From Lama glama (taxonomy: Eukaryota), in contig CM052817.1 in assembly GCA_028534125.1 (NCBI GenBank), positions 28,274,001 through 28,338,000 of the forward strand: 64,000 nucleotides of DNA, written 5' to 3'. The notes below the pieces were generated by a model that saw nothing but the letters and a program-made list of their open reading frames with translations, was not told the origin of the DNA and did not search any database. The translations under genes and the position numbers were made by a program. The first letter of the stretch is position 1; the number at the start of each line of letters is the position of its first letter. Shown here piece after piece: positions 63,522-64,000 of this stretch.

Positions 63522-64000
63522 CAGTGTTTCCCAGCGGGGGTGATACTGAACCCTAGGGAGTGTTTTAGAATTTCATGGGAAAGGATGGGTTTTCATGGGA
63601 ACGGGGAGGTTCCTACTGGCATAGTTGAGGAAGCAGGATCCAGGCTTGCTAGGCTGCCAATGCAGGGCAACTTCACACAAAGTGTTTCCCAGCATCTTGC
63701 ATGATTTTTGTCTACCATTTGGTCAAAAGTCTGCTTCAAGTTAAATGAACCTAAAAACTTTCCCTATTTTTCATAAGAACATATTTTGTACATTATTATA
63801 CACAATGAATTTTCCAAGATGCCACTAACATTTACATTGAAAGATGACTTTTTTTATAACTTGATAAAAAGTTACTTAATATTTCTGAAAATTATGTCGC
63901 TAACACCCATTATATTTGTGGGTTTTTAGACAAGAATAATCAGGACTAACTTTGTTACTCTCTTAAAATATCCTTTCATGGTGATTGTGAATATAGATGT
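63522..64000. mobile_element. MER20B-like hAT-Charlie element (runs off the window end)
   Basis: cagtgtttcccagcgggggtgatactg...ccctagggagtgttttagaattt...ctactggcat...acacaatgaattttccaag. Confidence 0.7.

Noticed and set aside
63523..63693. Short direct repeats (agtgtttcccagc x2, tttcatgggaa x2)
   Set aside because: Only two copies each, within a MER20-like element; not an array and not CRISPR-like.
1..64000. CRISPR arrays, operons, tRNA/rRNA genes, numts or processed pseudogenes
   Set aside because: None recognised by eye. The window is mammalian repeat-rich non-coding DNA, though small or diverged copies could have been missed.

Overview
AT-rich mammalian genomic DNA from a scaffolded assembly with three 500-N gaps. 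It is most likely camelid: the L1 3' UTRs are of the cetartiodactyl/camelid type, and I saw no ruminant, pig, cetacean, primate or rodent SINEs. I recognise no protein-coding gene, RNA gene or CpG-island promoter, so the window looks intergenic or deep-intronic. It is dense in transposable elements: L2, MIR, old L1M/HAL1, MaLR/ERVL/ERV1 LTRs, MER2/MER5/MER20 DNA transposons, and eight lineage-specific L1 insertions. Repeat names come from recalled consensus sequences, not a RepeatMasker run, and the boundaries of old elements are approximate. The most unusual object is a ~380 bp minus-strand element at 55628-56004. In it, the first ~165 nt of an L1 5' UTR (promoter/YY1 motif) are joined directly to the last ~165 nt of the L1 3' UTR plus tail, between candidate TSDs. 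It is either a spliced or internally deleted L1, or a member of a possible non-autonomous SINE-like L1-derived family. Also notable: a twin-primed (5'-inverted) L1, a very young L1 with a perfect 16-bp TSD, a palindromic MITE, and two CpG-retaining unique segments with exon-like signals.
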